The notes under the pieces: model-generated
Seen by the model: only the letters and a program-made list of their open reading frames with translations
Databases searched by the model: none
Told to the model about the DNA's origin: nothing
Part shown: piece after piece, positions 19,089 through 28,999 of the stretch
Numbering within the stretch: the stretch's first letter is position 1
Layout of the letters: every line of letters begins with the position of its first letter
NCBI GenBank assembly: GCA_051892935.1
Contig: JBJFGS010000027.1
Location: forward strand, 1 to 56,285
Reading direction: 5' to 3'
Length of the DNA stretch: 56,285 bases
Source of the DNA: Candidatus Coprovivens sp.
GTDB lineage: Bacteria; Bacillota_I; Bacilli_A; RF39; UBA660
Translations under genes and position numbers: made by a program

Positions 19089-19883
19089 ATGACATTTAAA
19101 GTTGGAGATTATGTTACTAGAGATAGTTATAATAACGATATAGTGTTTGTAATTGTTGATATTAAAAATGATGAAGCTATTCTTAAAGGATTTGATTTAA
19201 GACTCATTGCTAATAGTCCTTTATCTGATTTGAGATTATGTACAGAAGAAGAACGACAAGATGATTTTTTTAATCAAATTAACAATGATGCTGATTTTGC
19301 TAATTTAGATAGATGTACAGAAAATGATTTTTTTTATTTACCTCCTAAAATTCTTCATTTAGATGGAGATAATGATTATTTAGATAAATGTTTGGAATTT
19401 TATAAAAAAAATAGAATTATGGCTTTTGGTAAAACAGTAGATGAAAAAGAATTAGAAGAATCTGTTGTTTTACTTTTGAATGAGATTAAACCAGATATTC
19501 TTATTATTACTGGTCATGATTCTTATAATAAAAAAGCTAATGATATTCATAATTTAAATAATTATAAGAATTCTATAAATTTTGTTAAAGCAGTAAAAGC
19601 AGCAAGAAAATATGAAAAAAGCCATGAAAAATTGTTAATAATTGCTGGGGCTTGTCAAAGTAATTATGAAGAATTAATTAAAGCTGGAGCTGATTTTGCT
19701 AGTAGTCCAAAAAGAGTAAATATACATGCATTAGATCCGGCTATTATTGCAACAGCTATTTCACTAACTGAAAAGAATAAGGAAATTGACTTAATAGAAT
19801 TGTTGAAGAAAACTAAATATGGAAAAGATGGAATGGGTGGATTGATTGTTAATGGTTTAATGTATGTGGGGTATCCTAGATGA
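19089..19883 (+). CDS. yabG: Sporulation peptidase YabG (U57)
   Basis: ILHLDGD, PDILIITGHD, AGACQS, FASSP.RVNIHALDP. Confidence 0.95.
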   Translation: MTFKVGDYVTRDSYNNDIVFVIVDIKNDEAILKGFDLRLIANSPLSDLRLCTEEERQDDFFNQINNDADFANLDRCTENDFFYLPPKILHLDGDNDYLDKCLEFYKKNRIMAFGKTVDEKELEESVVLLLNEIKPDILIITGHDSYNKKANDIHNLNNYKNSINFVKAVKAARKYEKSHEKLLIIAGACQSNYEELIKAGADFASSPKRVNIHALDPAIIATAISLTEKNKEIDLIELLKKTKYGKDGMGGLIVNGLMYVGYPR

Positions 19884-20095
19884 GAACTATATATCAAGCA
19901 AAAGAGTTTATTAGAAGTAATTATGGGAAAAAAGTTGTTATAAAAGTCTTAGGACTTAGAAATAAGACAGATTTTATAACTGGCATTATTAGTGAATGTT
20001 ATAAGAATATTTTTGTTGTTACAACGGATTTTGGTAAAAAAAGTTTTACTTATACGGATGTTTTAGTTGGAAATATAGGGATTACTTTAAAATAA
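19880..20095 (+). CDS. veg: Veg family protein
   Basis: G.RNK...G.I.ECY..IF...SFTYTDVL; follows yabG. Confidence 0.85.
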   Translation: MRTIYQAKEFIRSNYGKKVVIKVLGLRNKTDFITGIISECYKNIFVVTTDFGKKSFTYTDVLVGNIGITLK

Positions 20096-20164
20096 TTATT
20101 GCTTTTCTTAATATTTTATTTTAAAATTATCTTAAGTAGACATACTTGGGAGGAGTGTTAATAC

Positions 20165-20455
20165 ATGAAAATTACAAAGGTAGTTCTTAGAAACAAAGAA
20201 AAAGAAGATTCAAGAATGAAGGCAATTGCTACTGTAACATTAGATGAGGCTTTTGTTATTACTGGAATTAGACTAATTCAAGGTGATGATAAAATGTTTA
20301 TTGCAATGCCAAGTAGAAAGGTTTCTGAAGGGGTATATGATGATATAGCTCATCCAGTTAACCAAGAAACTCGTCAAATGTTTGAGGATGCAATTTTCAA
20401 AGCATATGATGAAATGAAGTCTTCTGGTGAAGAATTAGTAAAAATGGAATTTTAA
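20165..20455 (+). CDS. spoVG: SpoVG septation/RNA-binding regulator
   Basis: RMKAIATVTLD, FIAMPSRK, DIAHP. Confidence 0.93.
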   Translation: MKITKVVLRNKEKEDSRMKAIATVTLDEAFVITGIRLIQGDDKMFIAMPSRKVSEGVYDDIAHPVNQETRQMFEDAIFKAYDEMKSSGEELVKMEF

Positions 20456-20459
20456 TAAT

Positions 20460-20484
20460 AACTCAGAGAAATCTGAGTTTTTTT
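20460..20484 (+). terminator. Terminator after spoVG
   Basis: AAACTCAGA-gaaa-TCTGAGTTT followed by T run. Confidence 0.8.
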
Positions 20485-20530
20485 GTGTTATTTTTATATT
20501 TTTATTCATATTATTATTAAGGTGATGATA

Positions 20531-20815
20531 ATGGATAATGCAAAGAATTATGATAGTACTAAACATGAAGTAAAAGTAATTGATAGAAGTCTAATTTATT
20601 TAAGTGGAATAGATAAAATTATTAGTTTTGATAGTGAAGAATTCTTAATGGAAAGTGTAATGGGAATAATTCTTCTTAAAGGAGAAAATTTAGAAATTGT
20701 AAAGCTAGATACACATGATGGAATAGTAAGTATTAAAGGAAATATTAATAGTATGATTTATGATGATGGAAAGAAAAAAGATGGTGAAACTTTATTAGGA
20801 AAGTTGTTTAAGTAA
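20531..20815 (+). CDS. yabP: Sporulation protein YabP
   Basis: H...DR..I.LSGI..I.SFD.EEF, KGENL, GKLFK end. Confidence 0.9.
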   Translation: MDNAKNYDSTKHEVKVIDRSLIYLSGIDKIISFDSEEFLMESVMGIILLKGENLEIVKLDTHDGIVSIKGNINSMIYDDGKKKDGETLLGKLFK

Positions 20816-21078
20816 TGAATTCCTATGTACAACTTTCTTGTTTAATTGTTTCTTTTCTTTATGGAATATTTCTTTATTATTGTAATCAATTTAATATAAT
20901 TATTATAAATAATAAAAGTTTTATACTTAAATTAATAATAAGTATGTTTTATGTATTTGATATAACTTTGTTCTATTTGTTATTTTTATATAAAATAAAT
21001 GGTGGTATTTTACATATTTATTTTATATTACTTATTATTTTAGGTTATATTTTTGTTTGTGTTAAAAAACGTAAATAG
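20815..21078 (+). CDS. yabQ: Spore cortex protein YabQ (short)
   Basis: Hydrophobic, INGG.LH.Y motif; between yabP and divIC. Confidence 0.7.
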   Translation: MNSYVQLSCLIVSFLYGIFLYYCNQFNIIIINNKSFILKLIISMFYVFDITLFYLLFLYKINGGILHIYFILLIILGYIFVCVKKRK

Positions 21079-21142
21079 TGTTTCTCTTATTATTATGTTT
21101 ATATTTTATGTGATATAATTATGATAATAAGGAGGCTTGTAT

Positions 21143-21526
21143 ATGAGTAGCAATAGTAATGTTAAACGCTCTGTTAATAATAAAGTATCTTCAAAGTCTA
21201 ATAAAAAGAAAAAAGATAGCTTTAGTCGTATAGTTTTTTTGATTTCTATGGTTGTTTTATTAATTATTATTCTTATTAGTACAATATTTAGTGATTTGCA
21301 GCAAATAATATATAATAAAAATCAGACAAAGTTATTGAGTGAACATTATGCTGAGTTGTTAGAAGAAGAAGCATCTCTTAATAGTGAAGTTACAAAGTTA
21401 CAAGTGCCTGATTATAAAGCTAGGAGAGTTAGAGAAGACTTAATGTATACAAAAGATGGGGAGATTATACTTAAAATACTAGAAAAAGATAATAAAAAAA
21501 GTGATACTGATAATAAAGGAGATTAA
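21143..21526 (+). CDS. divIC: Septum formation initiator DivIC/FtsB
   Basis: Basic N-terminus, TM, coiled coil, REDLMYTKDGEII. Confidence 0.85.
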   Translation: MSSNSNVKRSVNNKVSSKSNKKKKDSFSRIVFLISMVVLLIIILISTIFSDLQQIIYNKNQTKLLSEHYAELLEEEASLNSEVTKLQVPDYKARRVREDLMYTKDGEIILKILEKDNKKSDTDNKGD

Positions 21527-21568
21527 TATCTTCTTTTTAAATGTTATAATTTATTTAGGAGGTATTAT

Positions 21569-22423
21569 ATGGATGTAATAGTTGGACATCTTGCTGGGTT
21601 TTGTGGAGGAGTTATTACTTCTATAAGGAAATCAGAAGAAATTTTAAATGATTATGGAAGTGTTTATTGTTTAGGAGAATTAGTTCATAATAGACATGCT
21701 GTTTATAAATTAGAAGAAAAAGGTTTAAAAATAATCGATTCTTTGAATGACGTTAATAGTGGAGATAAGGTTATTATTAGGGCACATGGTATTTCAAAAG
21801 ATGTTTATGATATTGCTATAGATAAAGGAATAGAATTGATTGATTTAACTTGTCCAAAAGTTTTGAAGGTTCATGAAGAAGCTTTAAAATTGAAAAGTGA
21901 CGGTTATTTTATTATATTAATTGCAAAAAAAGTTCATCCAGAAACTATTGGTACAATTAGTTTTTGTGGTGAGGATAGTGCTATATTAGAAAGTATGGAT
22001 GAGGTAGAGAGTGTTGTTAATGTTATTTCTGAGTCTGATAGAAATAAAGTTGCTGTAATTGCACAGACTACTTTTTCAGTAGAATTATTTAATAAGTTAG
22101 TTGATGAACTTAAAAAAAATTTGAAAGATTATGATTTTTTTGTTAATAATACTATATGTAATGCTACAGAATTAAGACAAAAGGAAACTATTGAATTAGC
22201 TAATAAGGTTGAAGCGATGGTTATTATTGGAGGCAAAAATAGTTCAAATACGAAAAATCTATATGAATTAGCTATAAAAAATTGCAGCAATTGCTTTATA
22301 ATAGAAGAAGTAAGTGAATTAAAATGTGATTTATCTAATTTTTCTTCTGTGGGTGTTATGGCTGGCGCTTCTACACCTCAAGATATAATAGATGAAGTCG
22401 TTTTGTATTTAAAAAGGTTGTAG
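21569..22423 (+). CDS. ispH: 4-hydroxy-3-methylbut-2-enyl diphosphate reductase
   Basis: GFCGGV, VHN, RAHG, TCPKV, HPE, QTT, ICNAT..RQ, SSN, AGASTP. Confidence 0.96.
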   Translation: MDVIVGHLAGFCGGVITSIRKSEEILNDYGSVYCLGELVHNRHAVYKLEEKGLKIIDSLNDVNSGDKVIIRAHGISKDVYDIAIDKGIELIDLTCPKVLKVHEEALKLKSDGYFIILIAKKVHPETIGTISFCGEDSAILESMDEVESVVNVISESDRNKVAVIAQTTFSVELFNKLVDELKKNLKDYDFFVNNTICNATELRQKETIELANKVEAMVIIGGKNSSNTKNLYELAIKNCSNCFIIEEVSELKCDLSNFSSVGVMAGASTPQDIIDEVVLYLKRL

Positions 22424-22432
22424 GTGGTTGTA

Positions 22433-22921
22433 ATGAAAAAGATGATTATGTTAGGTATAGCAATAATTTTGGCTTTTTTATCAATTGGTTGTAGTAATAA
22501 AGATGATTTAACAGAAATATCATGTAAATATGTAGAAAAGGAAGATGATATGTCTGTTGAAGTGGAAATGTACTTTAAAAGAGATAATAAAGAGAATATT
22601 GTTACTTTAGGACAATTAAAAATGTTTTATGATTTTAGTGGTATTTCCTTTAGTGATGAAAAAGAGGAAGTTTCAATTAGTGAAATAGAAAATATTGTTG
22701 ATTTGTTATTTTCAGGAGTTTGTGATAATTTAGGCGATAATTATTCAGATTGTATAGTAAATAAGAATGAAAAGAGTGCAGAAGTAGTAATGACCTTTAA
22801 TCTATCTAATTTAGCTCAAACTTCATCTGGTAAATTTAATAAAAATATGTCTATTGAACAGATAAGACAATTTATTATTAATAATGATCAAGATACTGAT
22901 ATGATATGTATAACTAAATAA
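22433..22921 (+). CDS. Lipoprotein, unknown function
   Basis: MKK plus hydrophobic stretch plus LSIGC lipobox. Confidence 0.75.
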   Translation: MKKMIMLGIAIILAFLSIGCSNKDDLTEISCKYVEKEDDMSVEVEMYFKRDNKENIVTLGQLKMFYDFSGISFSDEKEEVSISEIENIVDLLFSGVCDNLGDNYSDCIVNKNEKSAEVVMTFNLSNLAQTSSGKFNKNMSIEQIRQFIINNDQDTDMICITK

Positions 22922-22991
22922 AAAAGATAATTGCTATTATCTTTTTTATGTTATAATTTTTGTATATAGTAGTAGGTTAGTAGGTGGTTGT

Positions 22992-23513
22992 ATGCGTAAG
23001 ATATATATAGTTTTAACTTATACTGGTACTATTTTGTCGAAATTAGTTAAAATGTATACTAAAAGAGAATTTTCACATGTTTCTATTGCTTTGGATGAAG
23101 ATTTAAAAGAAATGTATAGTTTTGGAAGAATTAATCCATATAATCCTTTTAAGGCTGGTTTTGTTCACGAAGGAATAAATAGAGGTACGTTTAAAAGGTT
23201 TAAAAAAACAAAAACAAGGATATATTCTTTACAGGTTAAAGATGAACAATTTGATAATGTTGTTAAAGTTATTAATGATATGAAGAATAATAAGTATGAA
23301 TATAGATTTAATATATTGGGGTTGATAGGTGTAGTTGTTCATTTTAGAATTAAGAGAGAAAAACATTTTTATTGTGCTGAATTTGTTAAATATGTTTTAG
23401 AGAAATCTAATATTGTTTATAATCTACCAGAATTGATTAAACCAGAAGATTTTAAAGATATTGATAATTTAAATGTTATATATACTGGAATACTAAAGGA
23501 ATATGGCAGATAA
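22992..23513 (+). CDS. Permuted papain-like (YiiX/YycO-type NlpC/P60) protein
   Basis: FSHVSI (His) precedes FYCAEF (Cys); C-terminal PEDF. Confidence 0.7.
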   Translation: MRKIYIVLTYTGTILSKLVKMYTKREFSHVSIALDEDLKEMYSFGRINPYNPFKAGFVHEGINRGTFKRFKKTKTRIYSLQVKDEQFDNVVKVINDMKNNKYEYRFNILGLIGVVVHFRIKREKHFYCAEFVKYVLEKSNIVYNLPELIKPEDFKDIDNLNVIYTGILKEYGR

Positions 23514-23730
23514 GAAGTAGAACTAATTGAAGTGGTAATATAAATGTAGATACAAAAAGTGTTTACATTTTTATTGACTACTTTAACAAATTCTTCTTTT
23601 TTTATTGTTTTGTAGTAAAATAGAAGGCATTCAGTGAAAATGCAACTTAAAATATACAAAAATCAACCTAAGATTGGTAGTTCGCAACCGGTAGAATTTA
23701 TATAATTAGGCCATGAAAAGAGGAGATATT

Positions 23731-25260
23731 ATGAATTTAGCTGATAATTTAAAAAAGATAAGAAAAGATAATAATTTATCACAAGAACAGTTAGCTGAAA
23801 GGTTAGGAGTATCTAGACAATCTGTTAGTAAATGGGAGTCCGGATTAAGTTATCCTGAAATGGATAAAGTATTACAAATATGTAAGTTATTTAATTTAAA
23901 TATAAATGAATTAATTAATGAAGATATTAAAGAAGTTAATGAATTGAAGGAAGCACAAGTTAGGACAAATAAGTATGTAACGAGTTTTTTTGATTATATT
24001 ACTAAAGTAGTAGATATGTTTAGTAGTATGAAATGGAAAGAAAAGATAAAGTGTTTGTTTGAACAATGCGTTAATGCAATTATTTTAGTAATTATATTTG
24101 CTTTTATAGGAATGATTGGTTCAGAAATTACTTGGTCTTTATTACAATTTTTTCCCGATAAGGTTTATTATCTAATATATAATATGCTTTCTTCTATTTA
24201 TTTAGTAATAGCTATTATAATGAGTGTTGTCGTATTACTTCATATATTTAAAATAAGGTATTTAGACTATTATGAGATAGTTAAAGAAGAAGTTGATAAT
24301 AATGTAGAAGAGTGTGTTACGGAGTTGGATAATACTAATGATAAACAAAATAAGATATTATTAGAGAAAAAGAAAGAAAAAGTAGTTATTAGAGATCCTA
24401 AACATTCTGAGTATAAATTTTTAACTGGCTTAGGTAAGATGTGTTTATGGATAGTTAAAGCGATAGTATCTTGTATACTTTGTGGATTTGCATTATGTTT
24501 AGTATTTTTTGTGCTTTGTATACCAATTGTATTTTTAATTTTTAAAAGTGGTTTCTTATTTATTGGCTTATTAGTATGTTTATTAGGTTTAATAGGTTTT
24601 AATATTATTGTTTTAGAACTATTATATAATTTTATAGTAAATAGAAAATTAAGTAAGACAAGAACATTTATTATAAGTATTCTTTCTATTATATTATTTG
24701 GTTTAGGGATAGGTATGTCTCTTATGTCTTTAAATAGTTTTGAATATTTAGATGAAAAAGATGTAGAAATGGTTAAAGATGTTTATGTTGTGGATATGAA
24801 AGATGATTTATATTTAGATTTCCATTTTGTAACTTATGTAGAAAAAGAGATAGATGATATTGAGATAGAAATAGAACATTCAAAGTATTTTGATGTAGAT
24901 TTTTATGAACATGGTAATTCAATAAGTTCTTGGTCTTATACTAGTTTTGATAGTACGATGACTTTGATTAAAAAGATTATTAAGGATATAAATAATAAAA
25001 TGGTTATTGATTATGATGATAGTTATAATGTAATTGTTTATGCTAGTAAGGAGAATATTGAAAAATTAAATAACTATAAAGAGAAAAGAGATTTAGAAAT
25101 AGCAAATTATGAAAGAATAATAGAAAATCAAAATATGAAGTATTATGAATTAAATAGTAGATATGATGATTTAATAGATTGTATAGATGATAAAGGATAT
25201 CAGATTATTTTTGATTCTAATGGGAATATTATTGGACTAGAAGAAATTATGAGTAAATAG
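23731..25260 (+). CDS. XRE-family HTH membrane-bound regulator
   Basis: LSQEQLAERLGVSRQSVSKWESG HTH, about 5 TM helices, C-terminal soluble domain. Confidence 0.85.
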   Translation: MNLADNLKKIRKDNNLSQEQLAERLGVSRQSVSKWESGLSYPEMDKVLQICKLFNLNINELINEDIKEVNELKEAQVRTNKYVTSFFDYITKVVDMFSSMKWKEKIKCLFEQCVNAIILVIIFAFIGMIGSEITWSLLQFFPDKVYYLIYNMLSSIYLVIAIIMSVVVLLHIFKIRYLDYYEIVKEEVDNNVEECVTELDNTNDKQNKILLEKKKEKVVIRDPKHSEYKFLTGLGKMCLWIVKAIVSCILCGFALCLVFFVLCIPIVFLIFKSGFLFIGLLVCLLGLIGFNIIVLELLYNFIVNRKLSKTRTFIISILSIILFGLGIGMSLMSLNSFEYLDEKDVEMVKDVYVVDMKDDLYLDFHFVTYVEKEIDDIEIEIEHSKYFDVDFYEHGNSISSWSYTSFDSTMTLIKKIIKDINNKMVIDYDDSYNVIVYASKENIEKLNNYKEKRDLEIANYERIIENQNMKYYELNSRYDDLIDCIDDKGYQIIFDSNGNIIGLEEIMSK

Positions 25261-25299
25261 ATTAGTCAACTATAAGAAGATATTTTAAAAAGTTTATTT

Positions 25300-25336
25300 A
25301 ATACCTCAATTCAGTTTTAGATTGAATTGGGGTATT
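25300..25336. terminator. Hairpin downstream of HTH gene
   Basis: AATACCTCAATTCAG ... TTGAATTGGGGTATT inverted repeat. Confidence 0.55.
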
Positions 25337-25573
25337 ATAATTTTGAGTATAACTTAGTTTTTCATTGTTGTAGTATTCAATATATTAAGAGTTTTTCAAA
25401 ATAAAATATTAAAGATTTGCTTACTTAAATGTTCTTAAGAATTATATGTAATGATCTTTAAGAACTTTTGATGTTGTCTTTTTTTTGTGTCTATAGCTTT
25501 TATATTAGTCTAAAATACTACTCTTTTTTATATTTAATGTTATAATTTTGGTATGTAGAGGTAAGTGGTAGAG

Positions 25574-26098
25574 ATGGAAAAAAAATATGCAAGATTTGCA
25601 ACAAAAAATATTCAAACGGATAGTATTGTAGATGGAGAGGGAATTAGGAGTGTAATTTGGTTTCAAGGTTGTTCTCATAATTGCCCTGGTTGTCATAATC
25701 CAGAAACTCATGATTTTAATTCAGGAGAGTTAGTAGATTTAGATGAAATGAAGAAGCAAATAGATGAATTAGAATATCAAGCTGGAGTTACTTTTTCTGG
25801 TGGAGATCCTATGATGCAAGTTGAAGCTTTAACTGAGTTGGCTGCTTATGTCAAAAGTAAAGGTATGAATGTTTGGTGTTATACTGGATATACTTTTGAG
25901 GAAATTATGAAATTGTCAGAGAAAAATGATAATTATAAAAAAGCTTTGGAACAGATAGATGTTTTAGTAGATGGAAGATTTGTGATGGATTTGCGTAGTT
26001 TTGATGTTCAATTTAGGGGTTCTAAGAATCAAAGAATACTTGATGTAGCTAGTAGTTTAAAAGAAGGTAGAGCAGTTAAAATAGATAAATATAAATAG
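25574..26098 (+). CDS. nrdG: Anaerobic ribonucleotide reductase activating protein
   Basis: VDGEGIR, GCSHNCPGCHN radical SAM, SGGDP, YTGY, RGSKNQR. Confidence 0.95.
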   Translation: MEKKYARFATKNIQTDSIVDGEGIRSVIWFQGCSHNCPGCHNPETHDFNSGELVDLDEMKKQIDELEYQAGVTFSGGDPMMQVEALTELAAYVKSKGMNVWCYTGYTFEEIMKLSEKNDNYKKALEQIDVLVDGRFVMDLRSFDVQFRGSKNQRILDVASSLKEGRAVKIDKYK

Positions 26099-26108
26099 AG
26101 GTGTTTTA

Positions 26109-27914
26109 ATGAAAGAAAAAATTAGACTATATATAGAAAGTGTTTGTACATTTTTAGCTCTAAGTATAAATATTGATATATATGAAAAAATAGTTGAATC
26201 TGGTAGTTTTGACTTATCACTTTTTAAATTGGGTTTCATTGGTAGTTTAGCATTTTTATTGTTAATTGTTGTATTTTATAAAAAATATAGTTGTAAGTCT
26301 AATATATATATTAAAGGTATTAGTTTATTATTTTCATTATTTATGATATTTGGTAATAGTTATGCTAATTGTGGAAATACCTCTTTAGTATTTGGAAATG
26401 GATGGTTATTTATTCTATCTATATTAATGGCAATAGGATATTATAGTTTATTTAAATTATGTATTGGATATATCTTTGAATATTTGGATAAACCTAAAAT
26501 AAAAAAAAGTACTAAAAAGGTGATGACATTTTTTGAGGAGCATCCTTTCTTATTTAGTATTACTATAATTTTTATTTGTTGGTTACCATATATAATTGCT
26601 TTTTATCCTATTATATTAAGTCCTGATCCTAGCTATCAAATAAAACAATTTTTTGGTATAAGAACAAAATATGCTGATTATGCTGTTTTATTAGATGAAA
26701 ATGTTGTTTTGACAAATCATCATCCGGTTTTGCATACTTTGTTAATAGGGGGATGTTTAAAAATTGGTACTTTATTAGGAAATGATAATTTAGGTTTATT
26801 TTTTTATTCAATTATTCAAATTACTTTATTTTCTAGTACCCTAGCTTATACAATAAAGTATCTTATTAAAAATTTGAAATTATCCAATAAGATTGGATTA
26901 GTGGTTTTACTTGTATATTCTTTTGTTCCAATGTTTCCTTTTTATGCAATGAGTGGAGTTAAAGATGTAATATTTTCTACTTTTGTAATTCTTTATGTAA
27001 TTATGTTACATAAAATTATTTCTAATAATGGTAATGGTTTTAAAAAATGGCATTATGTAATTATGGTTTTATTAATGCTATTAGTTATACTTTTTAGAAA
27101 TAACGGCTTATATGTTATATTATTATCATTTCCATTTTTAATTTTAGTGGTTAGAAAAAAATGGAAAACTTATTTAATTATTTTTATTATTACTATAGGA
27201 TTATCAACATGTTATAGTAAAGTATTATTACCAGCTTTTAAAATCACTTCAGGAAGTATTAGAGAAGTTTTATCTATTCCTTTTCAACAGACGGCGAGAT
27301 ATGTTAAATATCATAGTGATGAATTGTCTAAGAGCGATATTGAAATAATAGATAATGTTTTGGTTTATGAAGATTTAGCTACAAGATATAAACCTGAAAT
27401 ATCTGATCCTGTTAAGAATAAATATAATAAGTATACTACTAGTGATGAATTAAAAGATTATTTTAAAGTATGGTTAAAGGGATTAGTTAAACATCCTGTT
27501 ACTTATATTGATGCTACTATTGAAAATGTGTATGGCTATTTTTATCCAGAGAAAACTAATTGGTATATCTATTATAAGTTTGATTCAAGAATAACTAGTG
27601 ATGGATTTGATTATCATTATAATTCTTTAGATAATTTAAGAGAGTCGTTAGTTTTATGGGCAAATGTTTTTGTTGGTATTCCTATTATTGGTCTATTATC
27701 TAATATTGGGTTTTCAACTTGGATTGTATTGTTACTAGTTTGTTATATATTATATAAGAAGGAATATAAAAAGATAGTTTTATACTTACCTGCTTTAATT
27801 TCAATATTAGTATGTGTTGCTAGTCCTGTTAATACTTATTTTAGATATGCTATTCCTTATATTTTTTGTTTGCCATTGATGATAGGATTTGTTTTAGAAA
27901 AAGAAAAATATTAA
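26109..27914 (+). CDS. Multi-pass membrane protein, DUF6020-like (putative GT-C glycosyltransferase)
   Basis: Many TM helices; SPD..YQ, NHHPVLHT, KD, FRNNG, SIPFQQTAR, SPV..FRY. Confidence 0.7.
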   Translation: MKEKIRLYIESVCTFLALSINIDIYEKIVESGSFDLSLFKLGFIGSLAFLLLIVVFYKKYSCKSNIYIKGISLLFSLFMIFGNSYANCGNTSLVFGNGWLFILSILMAIGYYSLFKLCIGYIFEYLDKPKIKKSTKKVMTFFEEHPFLFSITIIFICWLPYIIAFYPIILSPDPSYQIKQFFGIRTKYADYAVLLDENVVLTNHHPVLHTLLIGGCLKIGTLLGNDNLGLFFYSIIQITLFSSTLAYTIKYLIKNLKLSNKIGLVVLLVYSFVPMFPFYAMSGVKDVIFSTFVILYVIMLHKIISNNGNGFKKWHYVIMVLLMLLVILFRNNGLYVILLSFPFLILVVRKKWKTYLIIFIITIGLSTCYSKVLLPAFKITSGSIREVLSIPFQQTARYVKYHSDELSKSDIEIIDNVLVYEDLATRYKPEISDPVKNKYNKYTTSDELKDYFKVWLKGLVKHPVTYIDATIENVYGYFYPEKTNWYIYYKFDSRITSDGFDYHYNSLDNLRESLVLWANVFVGIPIIGLLSNIGFSTWIVLLLVCYILYKKEYKKIVLYLPALISILVCVASPVNTYFRYAIPYIFCLPLMIGFVLEKEKY

Positions 27915-27957
27915 TTAATGCATTATTGTTGTATAATATGGTTACTGAGGTGTTCAT

Positions 27958-28893
27958 ATGAAAGAAATAGAAAAAAAGATTGCAGTTTTAATTCCTTGCT
28001 ATAATGAAGCTAAAACTATAGAGAAAGTAATTAATGATTATAAAGAAGCTTTACCAAATGCTGACATTTATGTTTATGATAATAATTCAATAGATGGTAC
28101 TGATGAGATTGCTAGAACAGCTGGTGCTATTGTTAGATATGAATATAAGCAAGGGAAAGGGAATGTTATTAGATCTATGTTTAGAGACATTGATGCTGAT
28201 TGCTATCTTATGATTGATGGTGATGATACATATCCAGCAGAAAATGCTAAGGAGATGTGTGATTTAATCCTTGATGGTAAAGCAGATATGGTAATTGGAG
28301 ATAGACTTTCTTCAACATATTTTTCTGAAAATAAAAGACCATTTCATAATTTTGGTAATAGAATAGTTAGATGGTTAATTAATACATTATTTAAAAATAA
28401 TGTGAAAGATATTATGACAGGCTATAGAGCTTTTAGTTATGAATTTGTAAAGGGGTTCCCTGTTTTGTCTAAAGGGTTTGAAATAGAGACAGAAATGACT
28501 ATTCATGCTGTAGATAAAAATTTTAAATTAATTGAAGTTCCTGTTTCTTATAGGGATAGACCAGAAGGGTCTGTATCAAAGTTAAGTACTTATAGTGATG
28601 GCTTTAAAGTATTAAAAACTATTGCTACTTTGTTTAAAGAATATAAGCCTGCTATGTTTTTTAACTTGTGGTCCTTATTGTTTTTAATAGTTGGAATCCT
28701 TATTGGAATACCTGCATATATAGGGTATTTTGATACTGGATTAGTTGAAAAGTTCCCTAGTTTAATTGTTAGTTGTTTTTCTATAATGATAGCTTTATTG
28801 TTTTGGGTAACAGGTATTATCTTACAAGTAATTGCTAAAAAGCATAAACAAGACTATGAATTATATCTTAATTTATTAAGAAATAGAAAATAA
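27958..28893 (+). CDS. GT2 polyprenol-phosphate glycosyltransferase (GtrB/DPM1-like)
   Basis: LIPCYNE, DNNS.D, IDGDDTY, two C-terminal TM helices. Confidence 0.9.
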   Translation: MKEIEKKIAVLIPCYNEAKTIEKVINDYKEALPNADIYVYDNNSIDGTDEIARTAGAIVRYEYKQGKGNVIRSMFRDIDADCYLMIDGDDTYPAENAKEMCDLILDGKADMVIGDRLSSTYFSENKRPFHNFGNRIVRWLINTLFKNNVKDIMTGYRAFSYEFVKGFPVLSKGFEIETEMTIHAVDKNFKLIEVPVSYRDRPEGSVSKLSTYSDGFKVLKTIATLFKEYKPAMFFNLWSLLFLIVGILIGIPAYIGYFDTGLVEKFPSLIVSCFSIMIALLFWVTGIILQVIAKKHKQDYELYLNLLRNRK

Positions 28894-28999
28894 TATAAGA
28901 ATTATTTATATAATTATAAGAAAATAAAAGAAAAAGTTTTTTAAAACCTTTTCTTTTTTTAGTTTTAATGTATAATAAACAAGCAAGTGGGTGACTATT

